Below, piece by piece: positions 27,468 to 37,412 of a stretch of 64,000 bases of DNA. The stretch spans positions 11,893-75,892 of the forward strand of contig JBAQNU010000024.1 of NCBI GenBank assembly GCA_049304095.1. The letters run 5' to 3'. The notes under the pieces were generated by a model. That model saw only the letters and a program-made list of their open reading frames with translations. It did no database searches and was not told where the DNA came from. Numbering within the stretch: position 1 is the first letter of the stretch; every line of letters starts with the position of its first letter. The DNA comes from Candidatus Moraniibacteriota bacterium. Its GTDB lineage: Bacteria > Patescibacteriota > Minisyncoccia > Moranbacterales > UBA2206. Both the position numbers and the translations under genes were made by a program.

Positions 27468-28992
27468 ACCCATCACCAGAGAAAAACTGATTGAATACAA
27501 AAAAGACATTGTTGTCTTTCTTCAGGAACAATACATCCTAGAAGATGGTAAGCCGATTAAACTGGAGGAATTTCAAAAGAAAATCCTCAGAGATATTTTC
27601 CAGACCAAAAATACAAATGGTTTCAGGAAATACAACCTGGTTTTGATTGGCGTGCCAAAAAAGAATGGAAAATCCACGATGGCATCGGCAGTGGCTTTGT
27701 ATTCCTTGTTTACTGAAATGAACGGCGAAGTTTACGGAGCGGCAGGCGACAAGGATCAGGCCAAAATTATTTTCCAGATGACCAAGCGAGCCATTGAAAG
27801 AAATCCCATTTTGCTTGATTCAGTGAGAATCTACAAAGATGAAATTGTGGTTCCCAGCACAAACAGTGTCTATCGCGTTCTCTCCGCTGACGCCCCAACT
27901 GCCCATGGTTTGAATCCCTCCTGCGTGATTTTCGATGAACTTTGGAATCAACCCAATCGTGACCTGTATGACGCGCTAACGCAAAGTCCAGTCCGAAAAG
28001 AACCGCTGACTTTTGTGGTAACTTACGCCGGAACAGACCAGACCAGTTTGCTCTATGACATCTATCAGACAGGAATGCAAAAGCGAGACTCCAAAATGTA
28101 TTTTTTCTGGAGTGAAAATAATTTGGCGAGCTGGGTGAATGAGGAATATCTGGAACAGCAACGGATGCGTCTGCCAGCTGGAGTGTATCAACGACTCCAT
28201 GAGAACAAGTGGGTGCAGGGTGAAAATGCGTTCATTCAAAAATCGGAAGTGGAAGCCTGTAAAGATTATGCTTTGAAGCCCCAGCTTAACGGCAGGGAAA
28301 ATATAAAGTATTATCTGGCAGTGGATTTGGGATTAATCCGCGACAGAACAGTTTTGACGATTTGCCACAAAGATAAAAATGATAACCTTATTTATCTCGA
28401 CTTCATCAAAACTTATCAAGGCACCAAAAAGAACCCGGTGCTCATCAGCGACATTGAGTCGGATATCCTTTGGGCGAATCAAAATTTCAACATCAGAAAA
28501 GCCATTTTGGATATCTGGCAGATGAAAAACAGCGCCCAGAAATTAAAAAGGATGGGAGTGAGAATAGAAGAATTTACATTCACATCAAGCACTATTCAGA
28601 AATTATCCCAGAACCTCTTCTACTTGTTTCATAATTCTCTCATCAGAATTTTCCCTTGCAAATTGCTGGAAGATGAACTACTGAGTCTGAACGCCGAAGA
28701 AAAATCGTATGGTTGGAGATTGGATCATAAGTCGGGAGGATTTTCTGACCATGTCATAAGTCTTGGGATGAGCAGTATGTTCGCCATCCAAGATGAACGG
28801 GCGAGTGCTGGAGTGCTCATTTCCGAAAGTCCAACTTTTGAAGAGTTCGAAGCCCAGCTCAAAAAAGAGGAACAGTTACGAGGCAAGGTCATTGAAGCAG
28901 GAGTAAAGAAGCCAGAACATATTAAACCTAAACAATCCTTTCCCACACTCAAAGAGTTGGAAGAGTTTCGGGCAAGGAAATACATTCTATGA
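27454..28992 (+). CDS. Phage terminase large subunit
   Basis: PKKNGKSTMASAVA P-loop, VIFDELWN, and a nuclease-domain C-terminus; paralog of 627..2165. Confidence 0.75.
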   Translation: MTKIKPITREKLIEYKKDIVVFLQEQYILEDGKPIKLEEFQKKILRDIFQTKNTNGFRKYNLVLIGVPKKNGKSTMASAVALYSLFTEMNGEVYGAAGDKDQAKIIFQMTKRAIERNPILLDSVRIYKDEIVVPSTNSVYRVLSADAPTAHGLNPSCVIFDELWNQPNRDLYDALTQSPVRKEPLTFVVTYAGTDQTSLLYDIYQTGMQKRDSKMYFFWSENNLASWVNEEYLEQQRMRLPAGVYQRLHENKWVQGENAFIQKSEVEACKDYALKPQLNGRENIKYYLAVDLGLIRDRTVLTICHKDKNDNLIYLDFIKTYQGTKKNPVLISDIESDILWANQNFNIRKAILDIWQMKNSAQKLKRMGVRIEEFTFTSSTIQKLSQNLFYLFHNSLIRIFPCKLLEDELLSLNAEEKSYGWRLDHKSGGFSDHVISLGMSSMFAIQDERASAGVLISESPTFEEFEAQLKKEEQLRGKVIEAGVKKPEHIKPKQSFPTLKELEEFRARKYIL

Positions 28993-29093
28993 AGACCAAA
29001 ACCCAGTCGCTGTTATCGTCCCTGTTTATATCGGCATTATTCGCAACATTCATTTGGACAATGTATGAGCGCTATTGCCAAACAGTCAGATAA
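28989..29093 (+). CDS. Conserved 34-aa single-TM micro-protein coupled to terL (paralog of 2162..2260)
   Basis: ATGA overlap with the terL stop. MKTKTQSLLSSLFISALFATFIW hydrophobic helix. Confidence 0.4.
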   Translation: MKTKTQSLLSSLFISALFATFIWTMYERYCQTVR

Positions 29094-29134
29094 TAGCTGT
29101 TGTCAGTCCCTTTTAATTTGTAATTTTAACCAAA

Positions 29135-29629
29135 ATGATAATCATTCAATTTTTACGAGAAGTGAGCGCGGGAAGATTCTTCCATAATTTGAAAGATGTG
29201 AAGAAAATTCATCCAGTTTTTAAGCGGTATATTTCAGAAGTTGGTGAGGATAAGTATCTTATTAAAGACGATGAGAAAATAGTGGCAGAGTGTCGTTTTG
29301 ATATTTCTGATTTGGAAATGCTTTGCGAAGCGCGATTCTATAATCTAAAAGGCGACCAAGAGTCGCTAAAAAAACTGATTGTTTTTACTCTTCCCAGATA
29401 TATTGATGAACGAGCTTTCATTGCCGACAGCAACGGTCTGGGATATTACTTCGATGCCACCAATCATTTCCTGATTGACGGTGATAAGTATTATTTAATC
29501 GGCAATGATGATGAAAAGCTAATTCCCATTGAGCATTACCGCCTGCCGATAGAAGTGAAAAGGGAAGATTGGCAGGAAAAGCTGAAGAATCTCTTGGAAA
29601 AAGCCAAAAGCCAAGGAGTGGATAAGTAG
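29135..29629 (+). CDS. Hypothetical protein (paralog of 2335..2787)
   Basis: Conserved synteny and shared motifs. Confidence 0.5.
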   Translation: MIIIQFLREVSAGRFFHNLKDVKKIHPVFKRYISEVGEDKYLIKDDEKIVAECRFDISDLEMLCEARFYNLKGDQESLKKLIVFTLPRYIDERAFIADSNGLGYYFDATNHFLIDGDKYYLIGNDDEKLIPIEHYRLPIEVKREDWQEKLKNLLEKAKSQGVDK

Positions 29630-29687
29630 GCCTTGATAGTATTCCCCAAAGAGCTATGGTGTGTCCATAAGTTAAGAGTAAAACAAA

Positions 29688-30539
29688 ATGGATCATATCA
29701 AAGACTATTTGGATTACCTGAAACTGGAGCGGTGCTTAAGCGAGCACACGGTCAGGGTCTACAAAAACAATCTGCATGAGTTTCGTGATTATTTAGGAAA
29801 GAGCGGTTCAATTAGGGCGACAAAGAGGAAAGACATCCGAGCCTTCCTCTTTTCGTTAGCCAATCAGCCGATTACCAAAAGATTGAAACAAACGACCCTG
29901 CGAAATTTCTTCAGATTCTTGGAAGACGAAAATATCATCAGAGATAATCCGATGAAAAATCTGCCGATGCCCAAAGTAATCAGCCGTGAGCCAAGTTATC
30001 TTTCAGAATTAGAAGTCAGGAAATTGATTGGCGCGGTGGAAAAGGATGAGTCCAAGTTTCAACCAAGAAACGAGGTGGCAGTTAGGATTTTAGCCGAGAC
30101 AGGCTTTCGACTCAGTGAATTGACCAATATAAGCCTCAACGACATCAATTTGGAAAACAAAACCATCCGTATTAGGCGGAAAGGCAATGTGGAACAGGTT
30201 GTGCCGATTAACAAAAGACTAGCCAAATTATTGAAAGTATTTATGAAGGGCAAAAAACCAAATGAACCGCTGATCAAAAGCAGTCTGGGGAAAAGAATGA
30301 CTGCGAGGAGGGTTTCTTTGATGCTTCAGAAGTATTTGGAAAAAGCCGGAGTAGCAAGAAAAGGAATATCAGTCCATAGCCTTCGTCACAGCTATTGTGT
30401 GAGGCTTTTGGAAAAAGGGGCGAGTCTCCGGGCGACTCAGATTTTGCTCGGACATAAATCTATTGCTACGACGGAAAGATATATGCATCTCACTAAAAAT
30501 CAGCTGGCGAAGGAAGTGAAGCTGTCCCAGATAGATTGA
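29688..30539 (+). CDS. Tyrosine recombinase/integrase (paralog of 2836..3687)
   Basis: HSLRHSYCVRLL...LLGHKSIATTERYMH. Confidence 0.85.
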   Translation: MDHIKDYLDYLKLERCLSEHTVRVYKNNLHEFRDYLGKSGSIRATKRKDIRAFLFSLANQPITKRLKQTTLRNFFRFLEDENIIRDNPMKNLPMPKVISREPSYLSELEVRKLIGAVEKDESKFQPRNEVAVRILAETGFRLSELTNISLNDINLENKTIRIRRKGNVEQVVPINKRLAKLLKVFMKGKKPNEPLIKSSLGKRMTARRVSLMLQKYLEKAGVARKGISVHSLRHSYCVRLLEKGASLRATQILLGHKSIATTERYMHLTKNQLAKEVKLSQID

Positions 30540-30583
30540 CCGGAGTTCTTTGAAAACTAAAAAAAGAAAACCGATAAGTTAAT

Positions 30584-30800
30584 GGATGGAGAGACAGGAT
30601 GGACGGGTTGATTTTCGCCGATATAAATGTAATAATAAAATCAACAATTAAATGCCTAACCCTTGTGAGTAAAATCGCAAGGTATGGTATGAAAACCGAC
30701 TAAAGTGTATTAAGCTCTCCATCCAGAGCACTTTAGTCGGTCATGTCTCGAAAGGGATATGGGTGTCCGCAAGGACATCGCTGGTGGGGAGCTTTGTGTT
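30584..30800 (+). ncRNA. Candidate structured RNA (copy B)
   Basis: See copy A. About 85% nucleotide identity, with compensatory substitutions in three helices and conserved GNRA loops. Confidence 0.45.
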
Positions 30801-30856
30801 TTTCTGCCAGCGAAAACTGGCAGTTTTTTAATTCATTAAAAAAACCGACTAAAAAA

Positions 30857-31801
30857 ATGGAAACACAAAACAAGAAGTGCCAATTTTGCGGAGAAGAAAT
30901 TCTTGCAGAAGCTAAAAAATGCAAACACTGCGGAGAATGGCTGGAGACAGGACACGAGCCAGTTAAAAATTCCAAGAGTAAAGTAGTCGCCTTTTTATTG
31001 GCTTGGCTTTTGGGAGGACTGGGAGCGCACAAGTTTTATCTGGGAAAAACAGGACAAGGTTTTCTGTATTTGATATTTTGTTGGACGCTGATTCCATCGT
31101 TTGTCGCTTTCTTTGAAGGCATCGGATACATCGCCAGCAGTGATGAAAAATTTGCGAGCAAATATATCAATGGTTCAAATAATAATGAAAACAAGAAAGA
31201 AAGTTCTTTCAAGAAAATACTGCTGGCAGTGATAATCGCGGTGGGTGCTTTCTCAATACTGCTGGTTGTGATCGGCAATTCAATGGACGAGGTTGAAAAG
31301 AAAAAGAACGAGGCTGTTGTCCAGCCAGCGGAAACTCCAAAGCAGGAAACAGCACCGATTGAAACTGCCCAGGAAAAAATCGTGAGCTATCGGGAATTGA
31401 AGAGCTATGAAAAATCTGGCAAGACCTGGAAAAGCATAGTCATCCCTCCCAAAACTTCTCAGGCAGATTTGATCGCATTGGCTAAAGATCTGCACAAAAA
31501 AGATGCCAAGAGCTATTTTCACATTTTTGACGATGATGCCAAATTTCAGGAATATATGGATTGGGATATAAATTATGGGAAGGTGAGGGATAAAGACGGA
31601 AAAGTAAAAACGATAGATCAATGTTCAGATATGAATTATTGCCAATCGCTTGTCCAACAACAAAAATATGCCTATCCCTTTCCAGAGGCATGGAGTGACA
31701 AACACGAGATTGCCATGATCAACGAGATGCTCGACATCAGCAGTGGAATGATGAAGTGGAAGCTGTCCAGTCCGCTGGGAATTGAAATAGTGGGGTTATA
31801 G
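30857..31801 (+). CDS. Zinc-ribbon plus TM2-domain membrane protein
   Basis: Start moved to the Met at 30857. [18 protein letters not shown] ribbon and the TM2 signature [13 protein letters not shown]. Confidence 0.55.
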   Translation: METQNKKCQFCGEEILAEAKKCKHCGEWLETGHEPVKNSKSKVVAFLLAWLLGGLGAHKFYLGKTGQGFLYLIFCWTLIPSFVAFFEGIGYIASSDEKFASKYINGSNNNENKKESSFKKILLAVIIAVGAFSILLVVIGNSMDEVEKKKNEAVVQPAETPKQETAPIETAQEKIVSYRELKSYEKSGKTWKSIVIPPKTSQADLIALAKDLHKKDAKSYFHIFDDDAKFQEYMDWDINYGKVRDKDGKVKTIDQCSDMNYCQSLVQQQKYAYPFPEAWSDKHEIAMINEMLDISSGMMKWKLSSPLGIEIVGL

Positions 31802-31811
31802 GCTAAGAAAA

Positions 31812-31838
31812 CCGGGGCGAAATGCCTCGGTTTTGTTA
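31812..31838 (+). terminator. Rho-independent terminator
   Basis: CCGGGGC-GAAAT-GCCTCGG (one G-U pair) followed by TTTTGTT. Confidence 0.55.
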
Positions 31839-31970
31839 TGCGGTGGCATCATTTACCCAACTTCAGATAAAAGTCGCACAAATCGCAGAATTTGGCGAAA
31901 TTTAGGCTCTAAAACCCTTTACCAGAGGTCTGTTTTCTGCTAAAATTGAAGAATAAATGAGGTAAAAACG

Positions 31971-33290
31971 ATGAAGCAGAAAACCGCTCTGGACATTTTG
32001 AAATTGGGACACAATGTGTTCCTGACAGGCCCCGCCGGAAGCGGGAAAACTTTTTTATTGAACCAATATATCGATTATCTCAAAAGCAAAAATATCGGAG
32101 TGGCGGTGACAGCCTCCACTGGAATTGCCGCGACTCACATGAACGGGCAAACCATCCACAGCTGGTCAGGAATGGGCATCAAGGATGATCTGACTCAAGG
32201 GGATTTGCATAAACTCAAAGGCAAATTCTATTATCGCAAACGCTTTGCCAAAACTGGCGTCCTTATCATAGACGAAATATCCATGCTTCATGCTCATCAG
32301 TTGGATATGGTCAACAAAGTTTGCAAACTTTTCAAAGACCCATTCTTGCCATTTGGCGGATTGCAGGTAATTTTATGCGGAGATTTTTTTCAGCTTCCGC
32401 CAGTTGCCAAAGAAAACCAAAAATCCAAGTTTGTAATTGAGTCTTTGGCTTGGCAGGAAATGAATCCGCAAATCTGTTATCTGGAAGAACAATACCGCCA
32501 AGAGGATGAAAAGATGACTAAAATTCTTAATGCCATCAGAAACCAGCAGGTGGATGATAAGATTTTGGGTTTAGTTTTGACGAGAGAAAATAAGCCGATC
32601 AGAAGCGATATTTATCCGACTAGGCTTTTTACTCACAACGCCAATGTGGATGCTATCAATAATTTAGAGCTGGACAGAATCAAAGAAAAACCTTTAGCCT
32701 ACAAGATGCACTCGGACGGCAATGAAAAATTGGTGAACATCATCAAAAAAGGATGCCTTGCTCCGGAACGGCTAGTGCTGAAAATTGGAGCGATGGTGAT
32801 GTTTGTCAAAAACAATTTTGATCGCGGTTATGTTAACGGCACCTTAGGAAAAATCATTGGCTTTGACGAAAACAAATTGCCGATAGTGGAAACTTTTTCA
32901 GGAAAGGAAATTGTAGCGACTCCAGAAAAATGGGCGATTGAAGAAGATGATATAGTGATCGCATCTATCACTCAAATTCCACTTCGTTTGGCTTGGGCAA
33001 TTACGGTTCACAAAAGTCAGGGAATGACACTGGACGCGGTGGAAATGGATTTGAGCAAATCATTCGAATACGGAATGGGATATGTGGCGTTGTCGCGCCT
33101 GCGAACTTTGGATGGTATAAAGCTTTTGGGAATCAATGAAACCGCGCTAGAAGTTAATCCTGAAATTTGCGAACTGGACAAAACACTTCAGGAGTTATCT
33201 GAAGCCAGTGTGGTGGAAGTATCAAGCTTAAGCTGGTTTAATAAGAGGACGAAGCAGAAGGAGTTTGTGAAGAAGGTTTCAAAGATTTAG
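31971..33290 (+). CDS. PIF1/RecD-like SF1 DNA helicase
   Basis: Walker A LTGPAGSGKTF, Walker B VLIIDEISM, and TVHKSQGMTLD helicase motif. Confidence 0.7.
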   Translation: MKQKTALDILKLGHNVFLTGPAGSGKTFLLNQYIDYLKSKNIGVAVTASTGIAATHMNGQTIHSWSGMGIKDDLTQGDLHKLKGKFYYRKRFAKTGVLIIDEISMLHAHQLDMVNKVCKLFKDPFLPFGGLQVILCGDFFQLPPVAKENQKSKFVIESLAWQEMNPQICYLEEQYRQEDEKMTKILNAIRNQQVDDKILGLVLTRENKPIRSDIYPTRLFTHNANVDAINNLELDRIKEKPLAYKMHSDGNEKLVNIIKKGCLAPERLVLKIGAMVMFVKNNFDRGYVNGTLGKIIGFDENKLPIVETFSGKEIVATPEKWAIEEDDIVIASITQIPLRLAWAITVHKSQGMTLDAVEMDLSKSFEYGMGYVALSRLRTLDGIKLLGINETALEVNPEICELDKTLQELSEASVVEVSSLSWFNKRTKQKEFVKKVSKI

Positions 33291-33392
33291 AGTCGGTGGC
33301 TTTTTCAAGCATTTGGGCTTAAGACAGTATTATTGACTAGTTTCCTTAATATGGTATACTGTAAATAATCATCTAAACCAACTTAAGAATAT

Positions 33393-34340
33393 ATGCAATA
33401 TTTAGACAAAAAAATCCAAAAAAGAATTGATGACAAATTGAAGTTGCTGAATTCTTTTCGTCCACTGCCATCCTCTGCAGTTAAAAAACTCAGGGAACAA
33501 TTTGAAGTGGAAATGACCTATAATTCCAATGCGATTGAGGGTAACAGTTTGACTCTCAAAGAAACCTATCTGGTCATCAATGAGGGCATAACCATCAAAG
33601 GCAAGCCACTAAAGGATCATCTTGAGGCTAAAAGCCACAAGGAGGCTTTGGACTATTTGTATTCACTGGTGGAAAGCGGAAAGAACAATACCGTGTCGGA
33701 AAGGTTTATTAGATCGCTGAATCAAATCGTGATGCAAGATATTGATAAAGAATGGGCGGGAAAATACCGAAACAGCGGGGTGATTATTGGTGGAGCGGAT
33801 CACAAACCGCCGGAAGCTTTAGAGATTCCGAGACTGATGCAAAATCTTATCAGTTGGGTCGGGGATAACAGTAAGAAAAAAATGCACCCAGTGGAATTAG
33901 CCAGTATTTTGCACCACAAGTTGGTCTATATCCATCCCTTTTTTGACGGCAACGGCCGGACTTCACGCTTGACGATGAATATTGTTCTGATGCAGTCAGG
34001 ATTTCCCCTGGTAATTGTCTTAAAGAATGATCGCAAAAGATATTATCGGTCGCTGTCTCTGGCAGATAAGGGCGACTATGTTCCGTTTGTGAACTTCATT
34101 GCTCGGGCGGTGGAGAGAACATTGGATATTTATCTGAAAATACTAATGCCAAGCAAGAAAGGCAAAGAGGAATTTATCCCGTTGGCAGAATTAGCCAAGG
34201 ATACAAAATTTACGGAAAAATATCTGAATCAACTGGCTCGCAGTGGAAAACTGGAGGCGCACAAGGAAGGACGCAATTGGCTTACCTCCAAAGATGCACT
34301 GAAAAGATATTTGGACAGCAGGGAAAGAAAGAGGAAATAA
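33393..34340 (+). CDS. Fic/DOC family protein (AMPylase-like) with a C-terminal HTH
   Basis: Canonical Fic motif HPFFDGNGRTSR. Confidence 0.8.
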   Translation: MQYLDKKIQKRIDDKLKLLNSFRPLPSSAVKKLREQFEVEMTYNSNAIEGNSLTLKETYLVINEGITIKGKPLKDHLEAKSHKEALDYLYSLVESGKNNTVSERFIRSLNQIVMQDIDKEWAGKYRNSGVIIGGADHKPPEALEIPRLMQNLISWVGDNSKKKMHPVELASILHHKLVYIHPFFDGNGRTSRLTMNIVLMQSGFPLVIVLKNDRKRYYRSLSLADKGDYVPFVNFIARAVERTLDIYLKILMPSKKGKEEFIPLAELAKDTKFTEKYLNQLARSGKLEAHKEGRNWLTSKDALKRYLDSRERKRK

Positions 34341-34352
34341 TCTTCGAATTCA

Positions 34353-35276
34353 ATGGCAATCTATGAATCGCAAATTAATACCTGGGCAAATCAAGGAGCG
34401 ACAGTAAGTGCTGCCGCTACTTATACTTCGGTAAAAGCAGCTCTTGAACACGAAAAATCTCCCATAAAGGAACTTATTGCAAATAAAAAAGTAATTGTTT
34501 ATCTTCAGGGTTCATACAGAAATGGAACTAATATCCGTGGCGACAGCGACGTGGATATTATCGTTGAATTGAAAAAAACTTTCGGACACGATTTATCCAG
34601 TCTTTCCAAAGAAGAGGCGATCCATCATGAATTATCCCATAGCCCGGCTACTTATACTTGGAAAGATTTTCGTTTGGACGTAATCAAAGCGCTGGAAAGT
34701 TATTACGGAAAACTTCTTGTTGATTCTAGCGGTAATAAATCAATAAAATTGTTGCCGACATCCGGCAGAATTAAAGCCGATATTGTTCCAGTTATTCACT
34801 TTAGAAAATATTGGTCATTCAGTGGGTCGAATGATTATCTGGCGGAAGAAGGCATAAAATTTTATCACCTGAAATCTGGACATGCTATCGTGAATTATCC
34901 AAAACATCATTATGATAATGGCGTTGAGAAAAATGATAAAAACAGAACAGCTGGATTATTCAAGCCATCTGTCAGGGTTTTCAAAAATGCACGAGAATAT
35001 CTCATTGACAAGAGATTAATCACTGGCGACATTGCTCCGTCCTATTTTTTGCAGAGCCTTATTTATAATGTTCCGGACAGTTGTTTTTGCAACAGCAATC
35101 ACGATACCTACTTCAATGTTCTCAAACATCTTTATGAAAATTCTCTGGATGAATTTATTTGTCAGAATGAACAGACGCTGCTTTTCGGAGATACACAGGA
35201 GCAATGGAAAAAAGATGATGCGGAAAAGTTTATTGCTAATCTTGTTTATCTTTGGGATAACTGGGAAACGATATGA
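34353..35276 (+). CDS. Minimal Pol-beta-fold nucleotidyltransferase, SMODS/CD-NTase-like
   Basis: GS(x9)DSDVD(h) and the downstream acidic residue in KADIVPV form the G[SG]...[DE]x[DE]...[DE] triad. About 300 aa with a helical C-terminal half. Confidence 0.55.
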   Translation: MAIYESQINTWANQGATVSAAATYTSVKAALEHEKSPIKELIANKKVIVYLQGSYRNGTNIRGDSDVDIIVELKKTFGHDLSSLSKEEAIHHELSHSPATYTWKDFRLDVIKALESYYGKLLVDSSGNKSIKLLPTSGRIKADIVPVIHFRKYWSFSGSNDYLAEEGIKFYHLKSGHAIVNYPKHHYDNGVEKNDKNRTAGLFKPSVRVFKNAREYLIDKRLITGDIAPSYFLQSLIYNVPDSCFCNSNHDTYFNVLKHLYENSLDEFICQNEQTLLFGDTQEQWKKDDAEKFIANLVYLWDNWETI

Positions 35277-35863
35277 TGCACCCCTATTCAACGAATACCA
35301 ATGAAAGAAAAATAATCCCTTTCTATCTTGCTTGTATAGCTATTGTTTTAACCTGGGGAATGAGCGCAATTCTTGCAAAACTGCAAATTTCTTTTCCTTG
35401 GTGGGCAAGCGCGCCATCAGTTATGGGAATATACGGTCTACTATATAGCGTATTTGACAAATTTATTTGGCGAAAACCCTTTTTGAAAAAATTGGGGATA
35501 ATTAAAACCCCGGATATTTCAGGAAAATGGAGGGGGAAGCTACAATCATCTTTCAATTCTCAAGATTTCGTAAATACTGATGTTAAAATATCTCAAACCT
35601 GGACAGAAATTGAAATTTTACTAAAGACCGATAATTCTTGTTCAAATAGTACGGTTGCTTCAATAATGGTAGGGGTTTCAAATAATGCCTCGCTTCATTA
35701 TCAGTATCAGAATAATCCCAAATCAAGTTCTGTTGATAGCATGCAAATCCATTATGGAACAACTTATTTATCCTGTTCTGGTGATAAATTAGAGGGCGAG
35801 TATTATTCTGGGCGTGGTCGTCAGAATATTGGAAGCATAGAACTGCACAAGGTTATTGAATAA
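35273..35863 (+). CDS. 2-TM membrane protein (SLATT-like candidate effector) overlapping the nucleotidyltransferase gene
   Basis: 4-nt overlap with the upstream gene. Two N-terminal TM helices and a ~130-aa C-terminal domain. Confidence 0.4.
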   Translation: MMHPYSTNTNERKIIPFYLACIAIVLTWGMSAILAKLQISFPWWASAPSVMGIYGLLYSVFDKFIWRKPFLKKLGIIKTPDISGKWRGKLQSSFNSQDFVNTDVKISQTWTEIEILLKTDNSCSNSTVASIMVGVSNNASLHYQYQNNPKSSSVDSMQIHYGTTYLSCSGDKLEGEYYSGRGRQNIGSIELHKVIE

Positions 35864-35871
35864 GAAAAACT

Positions 35872-36597
35872 ATGCAACCAGCCTACAATTTAGACAAAAT
35901 CAAATTCGCCACAGATCCGCCTACTTTTGAAAAGGCGGTGGCTTTGTATGAAAGCGGTAAAGTGACGGAATTTAAGGAGGGCATTGGTGCGTATTCTGCC
36001 ATAGTCGCAGGAACGAAACCTTATCGAGTATCTGTTGAAGCTCGGCGATTTGGATTGGCTACTTGCACTTGTTATCTTGGGCAGAATGACACGCTTTGCA
36101 AACATATGGTGGCCGTATCAATTTATGCGGTTATGCGAGGCAAGAAAATAAAGCCGGAAGACGCGAAGGTATTCAGTAGTTCGGTATGCAGTGGAAAACT
36201 TGGAAAATTAAGTGAGGAAGAATTAAAGAAAATTAAACAAGAAATTACTTCAGCTCTAAAATATATCAAGGCATATAGCGGCCCATCACGAACATGGTTT
36301 GCTTATCAGGCTTCGCTTTCAGAAGGATGCAATCGTTTGGCTAAAATTGTTTCCGAATTGCCAGCTGGCGAACAAACCGCAGAATTATTGGTCAGCCTCC
36401 TTTTGCGTCTGGATAAAAAACTGTGCACTGGAGGTGTGGATGATTCGGACGGTACTGTTGGCGGATTTATAGAAGAAGTTGTGGTTGTGCTTCAGGAATA
36501 TGCGAAGCTTGATCCGGAATGCAAGAAGGCTCTCGTTGTTCTGGAAAAAACAGAGACTTGTTTCGGGTGGGAAGAACCGCTTTTGAAATTGAAATAG
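35872..36597 (+). CDS. SWIM zinc-finger domain protein
   Basis: CTCYLGQNDTLCKHMVAV matches CxCxnCxH. Confidence 0.55.
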   Translation: MQPAYNLDKIKFATDPPTFEKAVALYESGKVTEFKEGIGAYSAIVAGTKPYRVSVEARRFGLATCTCYLGQNDTLCKHMVAVSIYAVMRGKKIKPEDAKVFSSSVCSGKLGKLSEEELKKIKQEITSALKYIKAYSGPSRTWFAYQASLSEGCNRLAKIVSELPAGEQTAELLVSLLLRLDKKLCTGGVDDSDGTVGGFIEEVVVVLQEYAKLDPECKKALVVLEKTETCFGWEEPLLKLK

Positions 36598-36817
36598 TCT
36601 CAATAAAATAAAAAACGCGTCATTTTGAACCGGCTTTGTAGAAAAGGGAATTACTTCCCCAGCAAGCAAAAAAGTCAGTTTTTTTATGGATAAATAAGCC
36701 TGTTTTAAGCTATATTTGACGATTTAGTGGACAGGTCGATTTGACAAATAATTGATATTACGGCATACTGAAAGTAGCTTACCTATCGGTAAGTGAGTAA
36801 AGACTAACTGGAAAATT

Positions 36818-37405
36818 ATGAAAACAATCGCGAAACAACCGGAGGATATTGTTCAAGACACTAAGAAATATATTATTGACACGGCTCGTCAGTTTTTTTC
36901 TGAATATAGTTATTTGGGCGTTTCAATGAGTGATATCGCCAAAAAACTAAATATTACCAAAGCAGCGCTTTATTATCATTTTACAGGTAAGGCTGAGATT
37001 TATAAAAAAGTGCTGGATGAGGTTTTTAATGATTTAAGTCTGACTATTTCTGAAGCAAAAAACGAAACCATGGTCGACAAAAAATTATACAAACTGATTA
37101 AAAATTACTTGGATTTTGGATTTAAAGAAAAGAATCTTATTAAATCCATAGTACTAAAACTATCGCCGGCCGATAGACAAATAACAAAGCACGTCACTCA
37201 ATTAAGAGAAAGAACCGCTAACCTAATTCAACCTGTGATTGAGGAAACATTTGCGGGTAAAAAACTAACTAAAAAAGTTGATAGTCAGCTTCTGACTTCT
37301 ATGCTTACCGGCATGATGGACGGTTTGCTTCTGGAATATTCTTTTTTAAATAAAAAAGTTGATTCAAAAAAAATAGCAGATCAAATTATCGCCGTTTTAT
37401 TTTAA
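36818..37405 (+). CDS. TetR-family transcriptional regulator
   Basis: HTH GVSMSDIAKKLNITKAALYYHF. Confidence 0.7.
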   Translation: MKTIAKQPEDIVQDTKKYIIDTARQFFSEYSYLGVSMSDIAKKLNITKAALYYHFTGKAEIYKKVLDEVFNDLSLTISEAKNETMVDKKLYKLIKNYLDFGFKEKNLIKSIVLKLSPADRQITKHVTQLRERTANLIQPVIEETFAGKKLTKKVDSQLLTSMLTGMMDGLLLEYSFLNKKVDSKKIADQIIAVLF

Positions 37406-37412
37406 AATTGAT

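Larger units (their letters stand above)
21544..31801 (+). mobile_element. Module B with an upstream replication/modification region: hyp, primase-NTPase, Dam-like MTase, ParB, terS, terL, hyp, int, RNA, zinc-ribbon/TM2
   Basis: Contiguous + strand genes with typical satellite/phage functions but no structural genes. Confidence 0.35.
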
